Shown: positions 12,331-25,337 of the stretch, piece by piece
How the letters are laid out: each line of letters begins with the position of its first letter
Position numbering within the stretch: the stretch's first letter is position 1
DNA from: Chara braunii
Taxonomy: Eukaryota > Plantae > Charophyceae
Direction: 5' to 3'
Assembly (NCBI GenBank): GCA_003427395.1
Contig: BFEA01000026.1
Coordinates: 2,180,011-2,244,010 of the forward strand
DNA length: 64,000 nt
Made by a program: the position numbers and the translations under genes
Notes under the pieces: model-generated
Told to the model about the DNA's origin: nothing
Database searches by the model: none
What the model saw: only the letters and a program-made list of their open reading frames with translations

Positions 12331-13219
12331 TGTTCTGAGCGGTCTGCAAGTTACATTCTTCCATGGGGGGACTTTGATGCTCTCGAGGAGATATAGTCGG
12401 GGACGGCGAAGGGTGGTTGGACAAGGCCTGTTGCCGAGGAGCTTGAGCCCGAGGTATGGGGAGCACGACCCCGAGTGTAAGTGACGGATAAAGCAGTGGC
12501 GGAGCAAACACGTTGCTTACACCGCAAGGGTAATCGTTGTCTTCGTCCTTTGGTGGTTGTGTTCGGTGCGTGAGCCGTAGTGCTCCTTCCCTATGAGGAA
12601 GCGCTGCTGGCGAAGGAGACTGTATGAGGCAGTTCAGGCAGTGCGCGATGAGGCTCTAGACTGCGACGAGGATTGGACCGACCCCGAGGAGATTACATGC
12701 CATGCAGATAAGAGTCTAGAGAGACTGTACTACGCAAAAGGCAAAGATGAGTTGGGGCACAGCCCCGCACTACGCTCGTAAGAGCAAATGATGACTCTGC
12801 ACAGGAGTCGAGTGGGGAGGGCGGTGGCACGAGCCACGACACGAGACGTGGCGCCTCCACGAGCCGTGTCGACCGTGCCACCCATTCGAGGAGGGTCTTT
12901 TGTGTTGACAACAATGACTCAGAGCAGGGCAACAAGAAGGACGACTCTTTAATGCGTGCAGATGGTTTGTCGGTGCCTGATGTCGACGCACGATCTCAAC
13001 CTCTCAGACGGTCGGACAGGCTGGTGAGCCGCAGCAGTACAGGTGCATTGTCTCAGACTGATTGTTTGTAGCATATAGAGGACATACAGGCTGATCTGCC
13101 AGAGGGCCCTCATCCTGAGCAGCTCACTCCCGATGGTAGAGTCGCATCACATGATATTCCTTCAGACTTGCGGACGAGGGGCTTCATGGTAGGTGGAGAG
13201 GGTGCGTCCGCCAGTGACA

Positions 13220-14070
13220 TAAACGGAGAAGGAGGAAGGAAGGGAAAAGGGGAGGGAGGGGGGAAGCGAACGTAAGAAGAGGAGGAAGGAAGAAAGGAAG
13301 AAGAGCGGGAACAAAAAATGGGGGAAGGGGGAAGAAGGGCAGAGAGAAGATGGATGGAGAGGGAAAAACTCTAGGGAAGGATGCATAAACGAAGAGCAGA
13401 AACTACAAGGAGGCGGAAAGATATTGGAACGACACGAAGAGCAGAAAGGAGATGGAGCAAGAGGGGAAAGAGGGAGGGCACGCTGAAGAAGGCAAGGAGC
13501 AGGAAGGGCAGGGAGTTTGTTTGATTGCATCTTCAGTTACAATGACCGAGTTGGGGGGGCATGAAAATCAAGGAGTTGTGGGGAGGGGAAAAAGCAGGAG
13601 AGACAGAAGGAAAGGGTTGACGTTTGAGCAATATGGGCACGTTTGCTTTGATCTCATTTCAATAGTTCACCTCCCCAATCATTTTGACCTCATCTGGTAG
13701 AAGGAGGAGATACGGAAGCTAGAATACGAAGATGAGGAGGAAGGGAAAGGAGGAGAGGGAGGGGAAAAGCGGAAGGATTTTGCAAGAGCAAAAAGAGCAG
13801 GGAGGAGATGGGGAGAGGGGGAGAAGTGCAAAGGCACCGTGTGTAGACAAAGAGCATAAAGAGCAGAAAGGGTAGATGGAAAAAGAGACAAAAAGAAAAC
13901 AACAAGGAAATACAGATGACATGGTACAAACAGGAGGAGATGGAAGAGAGAGAAGCAGAAGGATTTTTGAAGAGCATGACGAAGAGAAAAACATGAAAGA
14001 AGTGAGGCAGCACTATGCGTAGATGAAGGGCAGGAAGAGCAGAGAGCAAATGGAAAGAAGAGGTTGTAAT
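13220..14070 (+). repeat. Purine-rich (GA) low-complexity tract
   Basis: Almost pure A/G composition on the + strand. The antisense ORFs here are compositional artefacts. Confidence 0.8.
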
Positions 14071-14759
14071 TTGAATGACCAATATTACATCTTGCGTTCG
14101 AACTCATGTCAAGGCGTCGTAATTTGAACGACCACTACAGGCAATGGGCAACCTTTTTTTTTCTTTTTTTTGTTAACAATTATTATGTTATGTTCATCCG
14201 ATTGCATTTGACAGTGACCTTTTTTTTTCTTTTTTTTTTTTTTTGCATTACTGCTTAAATAGCAGGTGAGAAAAAATCAGCAGAACACAAGGGTTGCACT
14301 CGGTTGACAACTGTCGACGCATTTTTTTTTTTTTTTTTTTTTTTCCCCTCTGCTTTCCACTACGCATACTGCAACCGACTAGGGGGATTCCGGGATTACT
14401 TGCAATCCTTTCATTTCTCAACATAATTCCTACTTGATTTGTGCAATTTTTATTTGTGGATTATTTGCTTTGTGAGACTTGTATCCGTGATTGTGTTTCT
14501 CGCCCCTCCCTCCGCCACGGTGGGTCCACTTTATTATTGAATGACTTTATTTCAGGATTTAATATGAAACAGGGAAAAGATTCAAATTACTTGCATGAAA
14601 GCAGAGAAAATAAATGGGGGAAGAATGACAAAAAATAACCAAGGGTTGATTTGTTTGTGTTTGACTGGGTCAACCAAAGGTTGAGCACATTCTGAGTGTG
14701 TGAGCTCCATGTTATGTTTCATTTTTTTCATTGCGCTATTTTCTTGGTTTTCATAGGTT

Positions 14760-15011
14760 GGATGTATCCATAAGTTGGCGGTCCTGTTGCTTGTTTTTTC
14801 TGGGGTTTCTAAATGGAGGATGGGTCCCATGAGTTGGATACCAAAATTCCTTGATTTTCTTTTTTTATGAACAAAATTAGGTCATTCTAAGTGCGTGTGT
14901 TCAGTTCTCTGTTTAATTCTGAGGGAGATACAAGCAAAAGCTAGTTGCATCATAAGTTGGTGCGACCAAGTCATGAGTCATGAACATTAAAAGAAACCGA
15001 GATATAAGAAT

Positions 15012-15053
<42 letters not shown>

Positions 15054-16625
15054 TACTTGGCAGACTAGGCCCCATAAGTTGGGAGATCTAGTTGTAGAAG
15101 AAAGACAGAAAAATGTGAAATACATAATATAATATTGAAAGATACATGTGAGCAGACTCGACTTATCCATAAGTTGGGAGGTTCAGTCCTATGCCTGTAA
15201 TAACAGAATTGGCAGAGAAATAATATAACTTTGACTATTAAACACAATTGAGGTAGGGTTGAACATCTTTATGAGTTTACATAGTCTAATCATTTGTCTG
15301 GAAGAAAGAAGGAAGTCATGAGATTACTTGTTGAATGTTGTTGTGTTGTTGAGGTTGAACGTACCCATAAGTCGGTCCCATAAGCTAGGAAAATTCGGTC
15401 ATACGCCATATATTGTTGTCGAAGCAGGCTAGTCTACCCATAAGTTGGGTAGTCTGATTTAATGTCATGTGTAATTGTTTGGGTTGGGTAGACACACCAT
15501 ACGTTGGGGCAGTTTAGTCATATGCCTCATGTCATTGCTGAAACAGAGACTGGACATCCCCATAAGTTAGGGCGATCGAGTTATCTGTCATATGTCAATT
15601 GTTTAGGTTGACTAAGCGTATCTCAAAAGTAGGAGCAATCTAACCACATGCCTTATGTTATTCGTTTAGGCGGAGACTAAGCGCACTCTATACGTTGAAA
15701 AGGCTTAGTCATATGCCTTATGTTTATCGTTTAAGCAGGTTTTGCGTACTCATGAGTTGGGATGGTGTTCTCTTCTATTCTACTCCACAAGTGGTTAACA
15801 GGGATCCCCATTTTCAAGTTCTAGGTAACGAGTCCAAACCTGAAATTAGGGTACGGGGGTCAATTTTTTTTTTTTCCGGNGGGGGGGGGGGGGGGGGGGG
15901 GGGTTNTAGTTTTGGTTCAAGGTTGCTGTATGCTAAATTTAGTGTTATTTGGAGCATTGAAATTTTCTCTTTTAAGATTATTGAAATTTTTCAAGATTTT
16001 TAAAATTAAAATATTTGCGAAATTTCATGAAAGTGCATTTTAGTATAATCTGTACTCTCTGAATTGGTGGCAAGTTTAATAACAATTGTCCTTTGTTTTT
16101 TTTATAAATGGCATGGCAAGTGGTCTGAAAATTAGGGTCCCCGTTAACAAGTGGTTAACAGGGATGCCCACTTTCAGGCCCTAGGTAACGGATCCAAAAC
16201 CAAAATTATGGTTTGGGGGTCAAATTTTATGTTTTTTTATGTTTTTTTTTGTTTCGGTTCAAGGTTGTTGTATGCTAATATTTGTATCATTTGAAGCATT
16301 GGAATTTCCTCTGTTAATATTTCTGGAATTTTTTAAGATTTATGAAATTGAAATGTTGGTGAAATTTCATGAAAGTGCATTTTTGCTTTGCTGTTTTATA
16401 TAGGGCTTTTTTTTTTTTTTTTTTTTTTCTACACTTGGTTAGTATCATGGTCTCCACTATGAATTGGTGGGAAGGATGATTGCAATGACCCTTTGGTTTT
16501 CTTATAAATGGCATGGCAAGTTATCTGAAAATTAGGGTTTTCATTAACTTTTTTTCCCTTCTCATTTATTTTAGGCAGACCAGACAAACCCATAAGTTGG
16601 GGGCAATCTTATCATATGCCTTATG
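14760..16625. repeat. Degenerate ~61-bp minisatellite (core CCATAAGTTGGG) interrupted by a ~360-bp tandem duplication
   Basis: Core at ~14768, 14828, 14951, 15072, 15167, 15378, 15438, 15498, 15560, 15750 and again 16591. 15788-16147 resembles 16148-16550 (both start CAAGTGGTTAACAGGGAT). Confidence 0.75.
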
Positions 16626-16629
16626 TAAG

Positions 16630-17960
16630 AAAGGGTACAAGGGATTTAATTATCTCAAAGTCAAATGAGCTAAGTATTCTGGTAAGTAAATCGAGGGTTG
16701 GTGAAAGATCATATTGTGCTTACTTGTGTATATTATGTGACTTTGTCTTTGGGGGCGTCTTTTGATAGCCTAGTGACCTAGTCGCTTAGATGTTGCCCAA
16801 GTACTGAAACGATAAGTTGAGTGGTAATGGATGGAGGGGGAAGCTTGGGATAAGGTAAACTTGGCTTTACTGAGAGTCAAAGCTAAATTTAGTTCCTCCT
16901 CCCAGAAAATATCTCATGCAAGTTATATCTGATAATCAAGTTGAGTGTCAAGACCTATGTTACATTTTGTTTTTGTATTCGACTTAGTAAAATATTTGGA
17001 AGTCTACTTTCTTAAAAGAAGTGTTACCAATTTTTTTACTAATTAAAAGGGTTCAGTGAAATTTTGCTTTGCATAGTCAAATTGCACTCTTACTCTACTT
17101 TCGACTTAGTATAAATCTTGGGAGCTTAGGGGGTTACCTATCCGAGAGTCAAATGAACTAAGTATTCTAGTAAATAAATTGCGGGTTTGTGAAAGATCAT
17201 ATTATGTATGTTTTGTGATCAAATTTTACTTTTGCAAAGTCAGATTGCACTCTTACTCTACTTTTGACTTAGAAGAAATTTTGGGAGTTTAGAGAGTTAA
17301 TCATCCAAAAGTCAAATGAACGAAATATTCGAGTAAATAAATTGAGGGTTCACGAAATATCATATTGTGTATGTTTTCTAAGTTTATCTTTGGGAACGTC
17401 TTTTGATAGCCTTGTCGCTTAGATTTTCGTAAAGTGTTGAAGCAATAGGTGGAGTAGTGATGGATGGAGGGAGAAGTTTGAGATAAGGTAGGATTGACCT
17501 TACTAAGAATCAAAGTTAAAGTTAACTCATTGTATCCTCCAAAAATAGGTATCATGCAAGTTAACTCTTGGTCTGACGATCGAGCTAAATGTGAGGACTT
17601 ATCACACGTATAATTACATTTTATTTTTTATATTTAACTTAGTAAAAATTTTAAAAATTCAATTTCCTAAAGAAAGTGTTCCCAAAATTTTCACTGATTC
17701 AAAGGAATTAGTGAAGTTTTACTTTTTCAAAGGTCGATTGCACTCTTACTCTAATTTTGACTTAGTAGAAGTCTTGGAAGCTTATTTTCCTTTAGGAAAT
17801 GCTGCTAAAATTTCTACTAATTTAAAAAGTTAGACAAAATTTGTCTTTGCGAAGGTTTGGTTGCACTTCAGATTTAAGATTTGACTTAATAAAAATCTTG
17901 GTAATCTACTTTTCTAAGCGACGTGCTGCCAAAATTTATGTAAATTAATGGAGTTAGTTA
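16630..17960. repeat. AT-rich degenerate satellite / local duplications
   Basis: GACTTAGTA(A/G)AA-like motifs at ~16981, 17103, 17267, 17637, 17759 and 17883, often ~122 bp apart. 16650-17100 resembles 17300-17760. Confidence 0.7.
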
Positions 17961-18822
17961 AAAATATTGATTATGAAAATTTTGATAATCTACCTCAGCT
18001 ATAATAGATGATGCCAAAATTATCAGCAATCTCTGATGTCGATTAGAAGGGGGTTGATGGAAGAATTAGGCTACAATATGAAGTGCATTCTCCATCATAT
18101 TAACTGTATAGATAGGTTTGTGGTTTGTATTGTGATGTAAATTCACTTTTAACTGACGGTTCGACTAATTCACCCTGATCCATCAAGGATCATTTATCTT
18201 CTATTATCATTTGATAACGAGTTAGTTTACGATATAACTTTGTTTGCTTTTGCACCTCAACCTAAAGCCTTAACTCTCGTGGGTTTGATATCTTTATTTG
18301 GATTTCACTAGATTTTTTTTAATTATCATTTTGAAGGACTGAAAATGACCACGTTGGCGTATGGCAATGTGGCGTTTAGAATATGCGTATGTTTTGTGCA
18401 AGTTAGTTCTTTAAGTTTAACGTACCGTCAATGTTTTAGTTGAATGCTTGTGGCGTTTGATGTACAAACCAAACCTCAGGGACAGTGAGAAGGACAACCG
18501 AATGTCACACAATTCGTACACTCGATCGGTTATCTTTCTATGTGTTCTATTATACCTCAAATTTCAACGGATATGTTTGTGTTGACGCATTTCTTTGTTC
18601 ATTTATTGATTAGACGAATGTGTCAATTCGCATGAGAGGTATGTTATGTTTTTGAGGAGCTAAGAAGGGACTCGGCATCAACTTACGTTTTTAGTTAATA
18701 TTCAAATATGGTTATATCGCGTTTTTAGAATTAGTATCTTAATCGACTAGAGCAAATCAAGGAAATCGTTCCAATTGAGGAACTAAACTCGAAATTTAGA
18801 TTATATCATAATTAGATTTAGA

Positions 18823-19285
18823 CTATGTATCACCCGCAGCCGCGGCCGCAGGGTCAAACTCGACGTGCGGTCGGGATCCCAATCGCTGCCTCCTGGCTGC
18901 GGGTGGGGTGCGACCTCGACTCTTAAGAATTTTTTTACAGTTCAAAAAGTAAAAAAAAAAAAAAAAGATATTGTAGATATTTTCAAGATCTGCATTGTGC
19001 ATTTTTTTTTTTTTTTTTACTTCGTCTTTGAATTTTAAAAATTGAAAAACTAATTTTCCAAAGGCAAAAGCTTTTTTTTTTTTTTTTAAGAAAAATAATG
19101 GGAGTCATTTTTTTTATTTCAAAACATGTAAAGTTTTTGGATATGACCACAAGGCAAAAGTTGTTGAGTTTATTTTTGTGCCTAACATATTTTTTTTCCA
19201 AAAAAAAAAAAAATTTGATTTTTTTTGTTGTGTTTTTTTTTTTTATGGTCGCCCACGCCTGACTGCCGCCACGGGGTATTCATAG
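18823..19285. mobile_element. hAT-like MITE with CTATG...CATAG termini
   Basis: TIRs CTATGTATCACCCGCAGCCGC / GCCGCCACGGGGTATTCATAG and an 8-bp TSD (GATTTAGA / GATTTAGG). Same terminal type as 6158-8594. Confidence 0.8.
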
Positions 19286-20268
19286 GATTTAGGATCACGA
19301 TGACATAATCAAAATTAAGGGTGCGTGATTATAAGATTTATAACTATGGTGATGAAACTTAAAAAAAATTATACGACCAATCTCCGTGAAGAAAATAAAT
19401 GTTTATTGGATATATTCAAAATTTTGGATTCAGAATTCCAAGAATCTCGAGTTTAAGCAGTCGAAGTAACTACAATAACTCAGAATAAACTCTTAGACAA
19501 AAATATATATGCAGCACTCAGATAAAAATCCAAATGGTCTATTTTGACTATGAACCTAAATTAACGAATTTATCGGGGGCCTCCCGGTGCAATGGGGCTA
19601 ATTGCAGCCCCTGAGTTCATGGGTGTCATAAGCATTCAACCTGCGGCCAGAAAGCGTCGTTCCTGGTCGATACCTTCCCAAATTCCAAGGTACGTGAGAA
19701 CGAGTGTCTACCTTCGAGAGTCTATTCTGGGGGAGTGTGGGGAAGGATGGAGCATTTGATACCGTTTAGAGCAGGACCTTCAACAATTGGTCTCTCTTGG
19801 CGAGTGTCGTAACTGCTTCGATAGCAAAGGAAGGCTCGGCAGACCGGTCCTCCAGCGGGGCTGCTCTCGATGACCGTGCGATATAGGAGCCCCCTCAACT
19901 GTCTCCAACTTGCAAAAAAAAATAAATAAATTACAATCAAAAGAAGAAAATTGTAAGCCCGTGTGTCACCATCACTTGAACCATTATCACAACTTCACCA
20001 ACTTACCTCTAAATATGACTTACGATGTTGACGATGTCCATGACGTTACAACTTTGTAGCTTCGGTGAGTTCTTCAAGAAGTCTCCCGCCACTCCCATAA
20101 TCTTCACGTGCATCACCCCAGGTACTACTTAGTGTAACTCTTCTCCCTCTGCCTAACCAACCTTCCACCACCTCTAAGCGCTTTTATTAGCGTTGCGCCC
20201 TAACAGGGCTCCGGTGATTTCTTCAAGAAGTCTCCCGCCACTGCCATAATCTTCACGTGCATCACCCC

Positions 20269-20306
20269 CTGTCTCTTATACACATCTAGATGTGTATAAG
20301 AGACAG
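20269..20306. other. Nextera mate-pair junction adapter (two Tn5 mosaic ends); assembly contaminant
   Basis: Exact CTGTCTCTTATACACATCT followed by AGATGTGTATAAGAGACAG. Confidence 0.98.
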
Positions 20307-20671
20307 GTATCACCCCAGGTACTACTTAGTGTAACTTTTCTCCCTTTGCCAAACCAACCTTCCACCACCTCTAAGCGTTTTTATTAGCGTTGCGCCCCAA
20401 CAGGGCATAACTGGAATCGATTCTAGAGGAAGAACAGACAAACGAGCAAATCACAATAAAACACAATTTTGAGGGTATAACCTAATCATTCACACTCATA
20501 AGTACTTATTACATTTTATTCATTCATGGCTGAATCGGTCGGAAATGCCCAAATGAAACCAATCAGACATCCAGATCCAGACCATGCATATGACTCAATT
20601 CACAAAAATCAACTTGACAAATGATAAATAGTGATGGAAAAAAATGTAGAGACTCTGAATATTATTCTTAA

Positions 20672-20821
20672 ACCACCAGTACTTTTTAAAGTCGTGCCCG
20701 TTAACGAGCCACGATTTCAGAAAACGTATGGGTCACTACAAGAGCGTCCAAATTCATCCAACTAGAAACGTTTCTACTCTATTTTTTTCCGCAGTCGACA
20801 GCTGGGCCAAGTAGTGGTGGT
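20672..20821. mobile_element. 150-bp MITE flanked by TTAA
   Basis: TTAA|ACCACCAGTACTT...AAGTAGTGGTGGT|TTAA. A homologous copy is at 52987-53138. Confidence 0.85.
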
Positions 20822-23229
20822 TTAAGAAATATCACTCACTCCCCCCATGAAACATCATCATCGTCATCATGATCATGTATTCGCCAGATTAGCTACTCCA
20901 ACTCATGGCTGCACGTAAACACGTCACACGCACCCACCTCCACCACTACTTGGCCCCTCTGACTACAACCCTCTACACCTAGCACAAGAACTCACGCTAC
21001 ACTGTCACTTTGCCCAATTTGTTGGGCATGACGAGCCTATTCAGCATTGTGGCCTTCCCACATATCATTCACAACATTACAACCAAGATCACAAAGGAGA
21101 ACATGAATAAGTTGAGCAAATGTATGGCATGGAAGGCAGATGGGTGTCGGCGGGAATAGCGGGGAGATAAGTAGTCGACCTAAGGTGAGAAAAAGGAAAA
21201 AAACAAGAAGGAAATGGAATGATGATTGGAAATTTTCACAAAGTGTGGCTGATCAACCAAGCTATGTGCAGTTTGACTGTCCTTGGATTTTTATACGATC
21301 GACTAAAGTACGACCAATCATTCACCACGGAGTCGAGGAAGGAAGAGATAAGGGGTTGCAAGAAGGAGGGAAGGAAGAAGTTATTGGGAGTCGGGCAGGC
21401 GTAAAGCTAGCTCTTGTACATGCAGTTCCATACTGATGCCATCGCATATGCATAACTACCCTTCAAAAATAAATAAGAAAGGAAAAAGAAGAACACTAAC
21501 TGTGTTGTTTCTTCACATGACTCTTTCCTAACGGTTTCGTGGATTGAAAATTTAAATTTACAGGGACAATTTTCAATTTGCACCTCATCTATCCAACAAT
21601 TTATAGAACGAAATTAAACGTGACTGGATTGAATTTTAAAATTTACAGAGACATTTTCAAATTGCACCCCATGTGTCCAACAATTTACGGAAAGTAATCA
21701 AACTTCACACTCAGACCCTGAAAGGAGGTTTACGTACCAAGGCTGGGTTTTCCTGTGAGGTACTCAGGTACAGGCCACAGATCACCTCAAGTGTTTAATG
21801 ACGATGATCACGGTATAACCTATGAGAGCCCTAGCCCTAAGTACTACCCCTGCCACCTAGCACAACCATATTCTATATTGTATTCAACATTCTGTACGTG
21901 GTCAAATGATTGGTCAGCAACACACCTTTTGTTCAGATTTTGTATCAATATCCGTCCTGGTCTGTAGGTTGTTGAATTCCGCTTAATCCTTATGTAGTGA
22001 CAAATATACTTTTTGCTTGGGGTTATCCCCCTTCTCTCTATTCCAAGATCCTAGACTTGTGTGTGAGTACATATCTGGCCAACGTACATGTTCAAACATC
22101 AATGGTTTCATCATCCAAGCTGCCTTTGACAGTTGTAGAACTGTCTTGCCACCTGCATCACAGGGGCTCTTACCTGTTGGACCCCGCAAAATTTACACAC
22201 CTCCCGCAATTCAAGGTAGTCTACAACCCTACGCCGCACTCACCGCCTTCAAGGAGTCTCCATGATGATGCCTCCACAGAACGATGCCCCCCCTGGTGAC
22301 ACAACCCCTCAAAATGTTCCCCCCCCCAAGGGTTCCTCCTTGCATACTGTCCTCCCCCTGTCAAGCTCCCAAAGACCCCGTTGATCACTCCACTACTCTT
22401 GACTCTTGAAAATTTGTGAGTTGGGCATCACTCCACTCCTCTCGAACTGGACTCAGTAAAATTCCCATTCTAGAGTCGTCAAAAGGGACTCACGAAGGGA
22501 ACTTTCAGACTGTCAATAGTCTGCAGCTTGGAATTTCTTATTTTTCTAGTGACAAGGGCCGACCCTACTCCAGGTACGACCTCATTTTTCACGAGTAGAC
22601 TTGGAATAGAGGCTGACAAACGATGTCGTGTAGTACATTCCAACTCCGTGAGTCCCGCTTTCTAGAGTAAGTGGAGCGAAGGCGAGAATTTGAAGTTTTT
22701 AACCTCTGGCAGCTCTAGACAGACTCTCGAAGATTAGAGTACTGGAGCGAGACTTCATGTGTACTGTGCTACCATCTTTCCCCTGAACATAATGCATATG
22801 CATTATATTCGAGTTCTCCTAAAACATATATTTAAAATAAGTTAGTCATTTTTTTTTCAAATAGAACGACACTTCGAATAGAGCAGATATCCGTTGTATT
22901 CGAATAGAAGACATATGCGTTATATTCGGATTCTGACCTATAAAACCGCTCTATTCAAATTGAACATTACTCAGTTATTTTTTCGTAAAATTTATTGATG
23001 TCTATCACAAAGGAGCTCACTTGCCAAAAGGTCCAATTTGTATGTATGCATTTTTCCACCACCGTCTTCTCCCTCACACAAGGTGTCATTGTCAAGAATC
23101 TATGCAAGGCATATTTTCGTCTAGATACGGTCACGATGAGCGAAGATTGTGTCCAATTACGGTCATGATGAGTGTGAATTGTGTGCAAAAGTGCTCTCTT
23201 GACAGCTGCACAACAACAAAAACAAAAAA

Positions 23230-23329
23230 GTCCTTCAGGACATCCTTTAAAATTGGAACGATACAAAGAAGATTAGAATGACCCCTGCGCAAGGATGACA
23301 CACATATATTAAGAAATGATCCAAATTTT
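23230..23329 (+). pseudogene. U6: U6 snRNA processed pseudogene (full length, A-tailed)
   Basis: Matches plant U6 (GTCC..GGACATCC..AAAATTGGAACGATACA(A)AGAAGATTAG(A)ATG(A)CCCCTGCGCAAGGATGACAC...CCAAATTTT). The ACAGAGA box and AGC triad are mutated. An A-rich tail follows, with a possible TSD AAAAACAAAAAA (23218-29 / 23363-74). Confidence 0.9.
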
Positions 23330-24923
23330 AAAAAAAAAAGAAAGAAAAATAAAAAAAGAAGGAAAAACAAAAAATAAGGAAAAACAGGAAACTTACATAA
23401 AGCTCTATCCCCCTCCCCCCCACCCGCAAACGAATGTCATCCCACTTTGCTCTGCTCCAGACAAGACAAATGCAGTGTAGTGCAACATTGATGCACTGTG
23501 CTCTAGTGTACCTTAGTACAACAGGACAATTATGACCCGACTCCACCACTCAACATTCAACTGAACCCATCCATTCAGACTGATGCAACATTTTAAACCG
23601 CAAGTATATGGCCTCATCCTTGCAGAAAGTTTTTGTCTCCACAAGCAAAACTCGGAGGGGCCGCGTGGTGTGGGGTGCCGTTGAAAAAAACAATTGGCGG
23701 CCTCTGAAGTGGTGCGGGTTTCGTCCTGACACCCGTGGGCCGGTGTGTGTAGTACTGGTGCTTTAAACCACCAATACCTTTCTCAGCTATCGAGCGTAAA
23801 ATCGACCTGCGCGCCAAAAAAAACTAACCAGCGCGGGCCTCATTTTGCCTGGCGCCACCACCCATTTCGTGTCGGTAGTCCCGAACCCGCCCACCTCCCG
23901 TGTTAACCGGCGGACATTTGTTTTTCAAGGAGGGAAAGACATTGTTGGTTTTAAATATAGAAAGTCCATTAGGGTCTCCAGATACACTAAGAATGTTTTG
24001 CAGCGTAGTGAGACCCATAATAAATGTGTACAAGCGATCTTTCCCGTTTGGTATAAGCACAGTGAGGATGAGGGTGGAATAAGCACCAATTACTCGTAGG
24101 CCCCAAACACACGGTGCAGACCCAGTGGCCGGGAATTGATCCTACTCAACTTGAATACTCCTTACCTCTTCCAAAGAAAGTTGTCAAATTGAACTAAAAT
24201 ATAACGTGTAGGTGTTATTCGTTTATAAACTACCAGTATACGAACCCAGCCTTACAAAAAAGAAAACTCACCGCCTACAAAATTTTTGGAGACCCAACCA
24301 TCTATAAATTGAATCGGCGGCGGGCAGACCTGCGACCGATAGCTGGATGTATTGGTTGTATAACACATATGCCATATGTTTCCTGAACTCAAATGTAACA
24401 TATATGTGTTATTCGTTTATAACACATATGCCATATGTTCGGGGAAGACTGGGCGAGGGCCAAGTAGGTGGGGTGAACTTTGTGTGGAGAGTCTCGACTC
24501 TCATCATCTGCTTTGGGGCGTCCTCGGGGCAGAAGGAAGTTTCCTTAGGGGGTTTGAAGAAAATTTCGGCCGTCGTTCCACCTATCCTTCAGATGGCCTC
24601 CCAATGATGATTCCTTTTGGTCGTCGGTGACCATTTTCATAACATTATAGTCAGCCGTGGGGGGGCCAATGTGGTCCAGCTGCCGAAGGCAGGAAACTTT
24701 GAAAGGCGCTGGCGACCGGAACCCCTCCCCCCTTTAAAAGCAATGGACCTCTCCATTCGAAAATCGAATTTCAAATCAAGTGCTGAACGTCACGATGGGG
24801 ACGCGGGGTACGTGGCGTCCATATCTGCGATGGTGGAAATGGGCATTTGCAGCGGTGCAGTGGAGTCCTCGCACGTCACAATTTTTTTAGCGCCCCGCGA
24901 AGGTCCATCGCCATCGCCTCTGC

Positions 24924-25337
24924 ATGCCGCCACGCCTATGCATTGAGTCGAGCATACATGGGGAACATTGCAGCGACGACGGACATGCGAAGTTGACGAC
25001 AATAAAGAAGACAGCCGTGGCGGCAGCCGTGACAACCGTGCTCTTTCGTTGTCAGCAGGAGAGGTCATTGGGCAGAATGAAAGTGCAGATCAGCGCACGG
25101 AGGAGGAAGACGCTTCATCAAGTCCCAATCGAAGGGATGGATACCGTGGCCATAACCAAGGCTGCAGTTCAGGTTTGTTGCATCATGGATTGCAGTGTTC
25201 TCCCACAACCGACACCGAGGTGGTGGATGAAAAGGAGGACGGGGGGGGCATGGGAGGATCTCAAGCAATGCAATGATGCGATGGAGGAGTACTTATGGGA
25301 GAAGCTGCGTATGTTGCCACGTGTCTTTCGGGGGTGA
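24924..25337 (+). pseudogene. Fragment resembling a PIF/Harbinger transposase N-terminus
   Basis: RWWMKRRTGGAWEDL...YLWEKLRMLPRVF resembles the W...F-RM-xx-F motif preceding Harbinger DDE domains. No intact DDE core is seen. Confidence 0.5.

Noticed and set aside
13162-14107. Several antisense ORFs rich in Ser/Leu/Phe/Pro
   Set aside because: They are products of a purine-rich low-complexity tract.
20269-20306. Tn5/IS50 element or horizontal transfer
   Set aside because: It is the synthetic mosaic-end adapter sequence.
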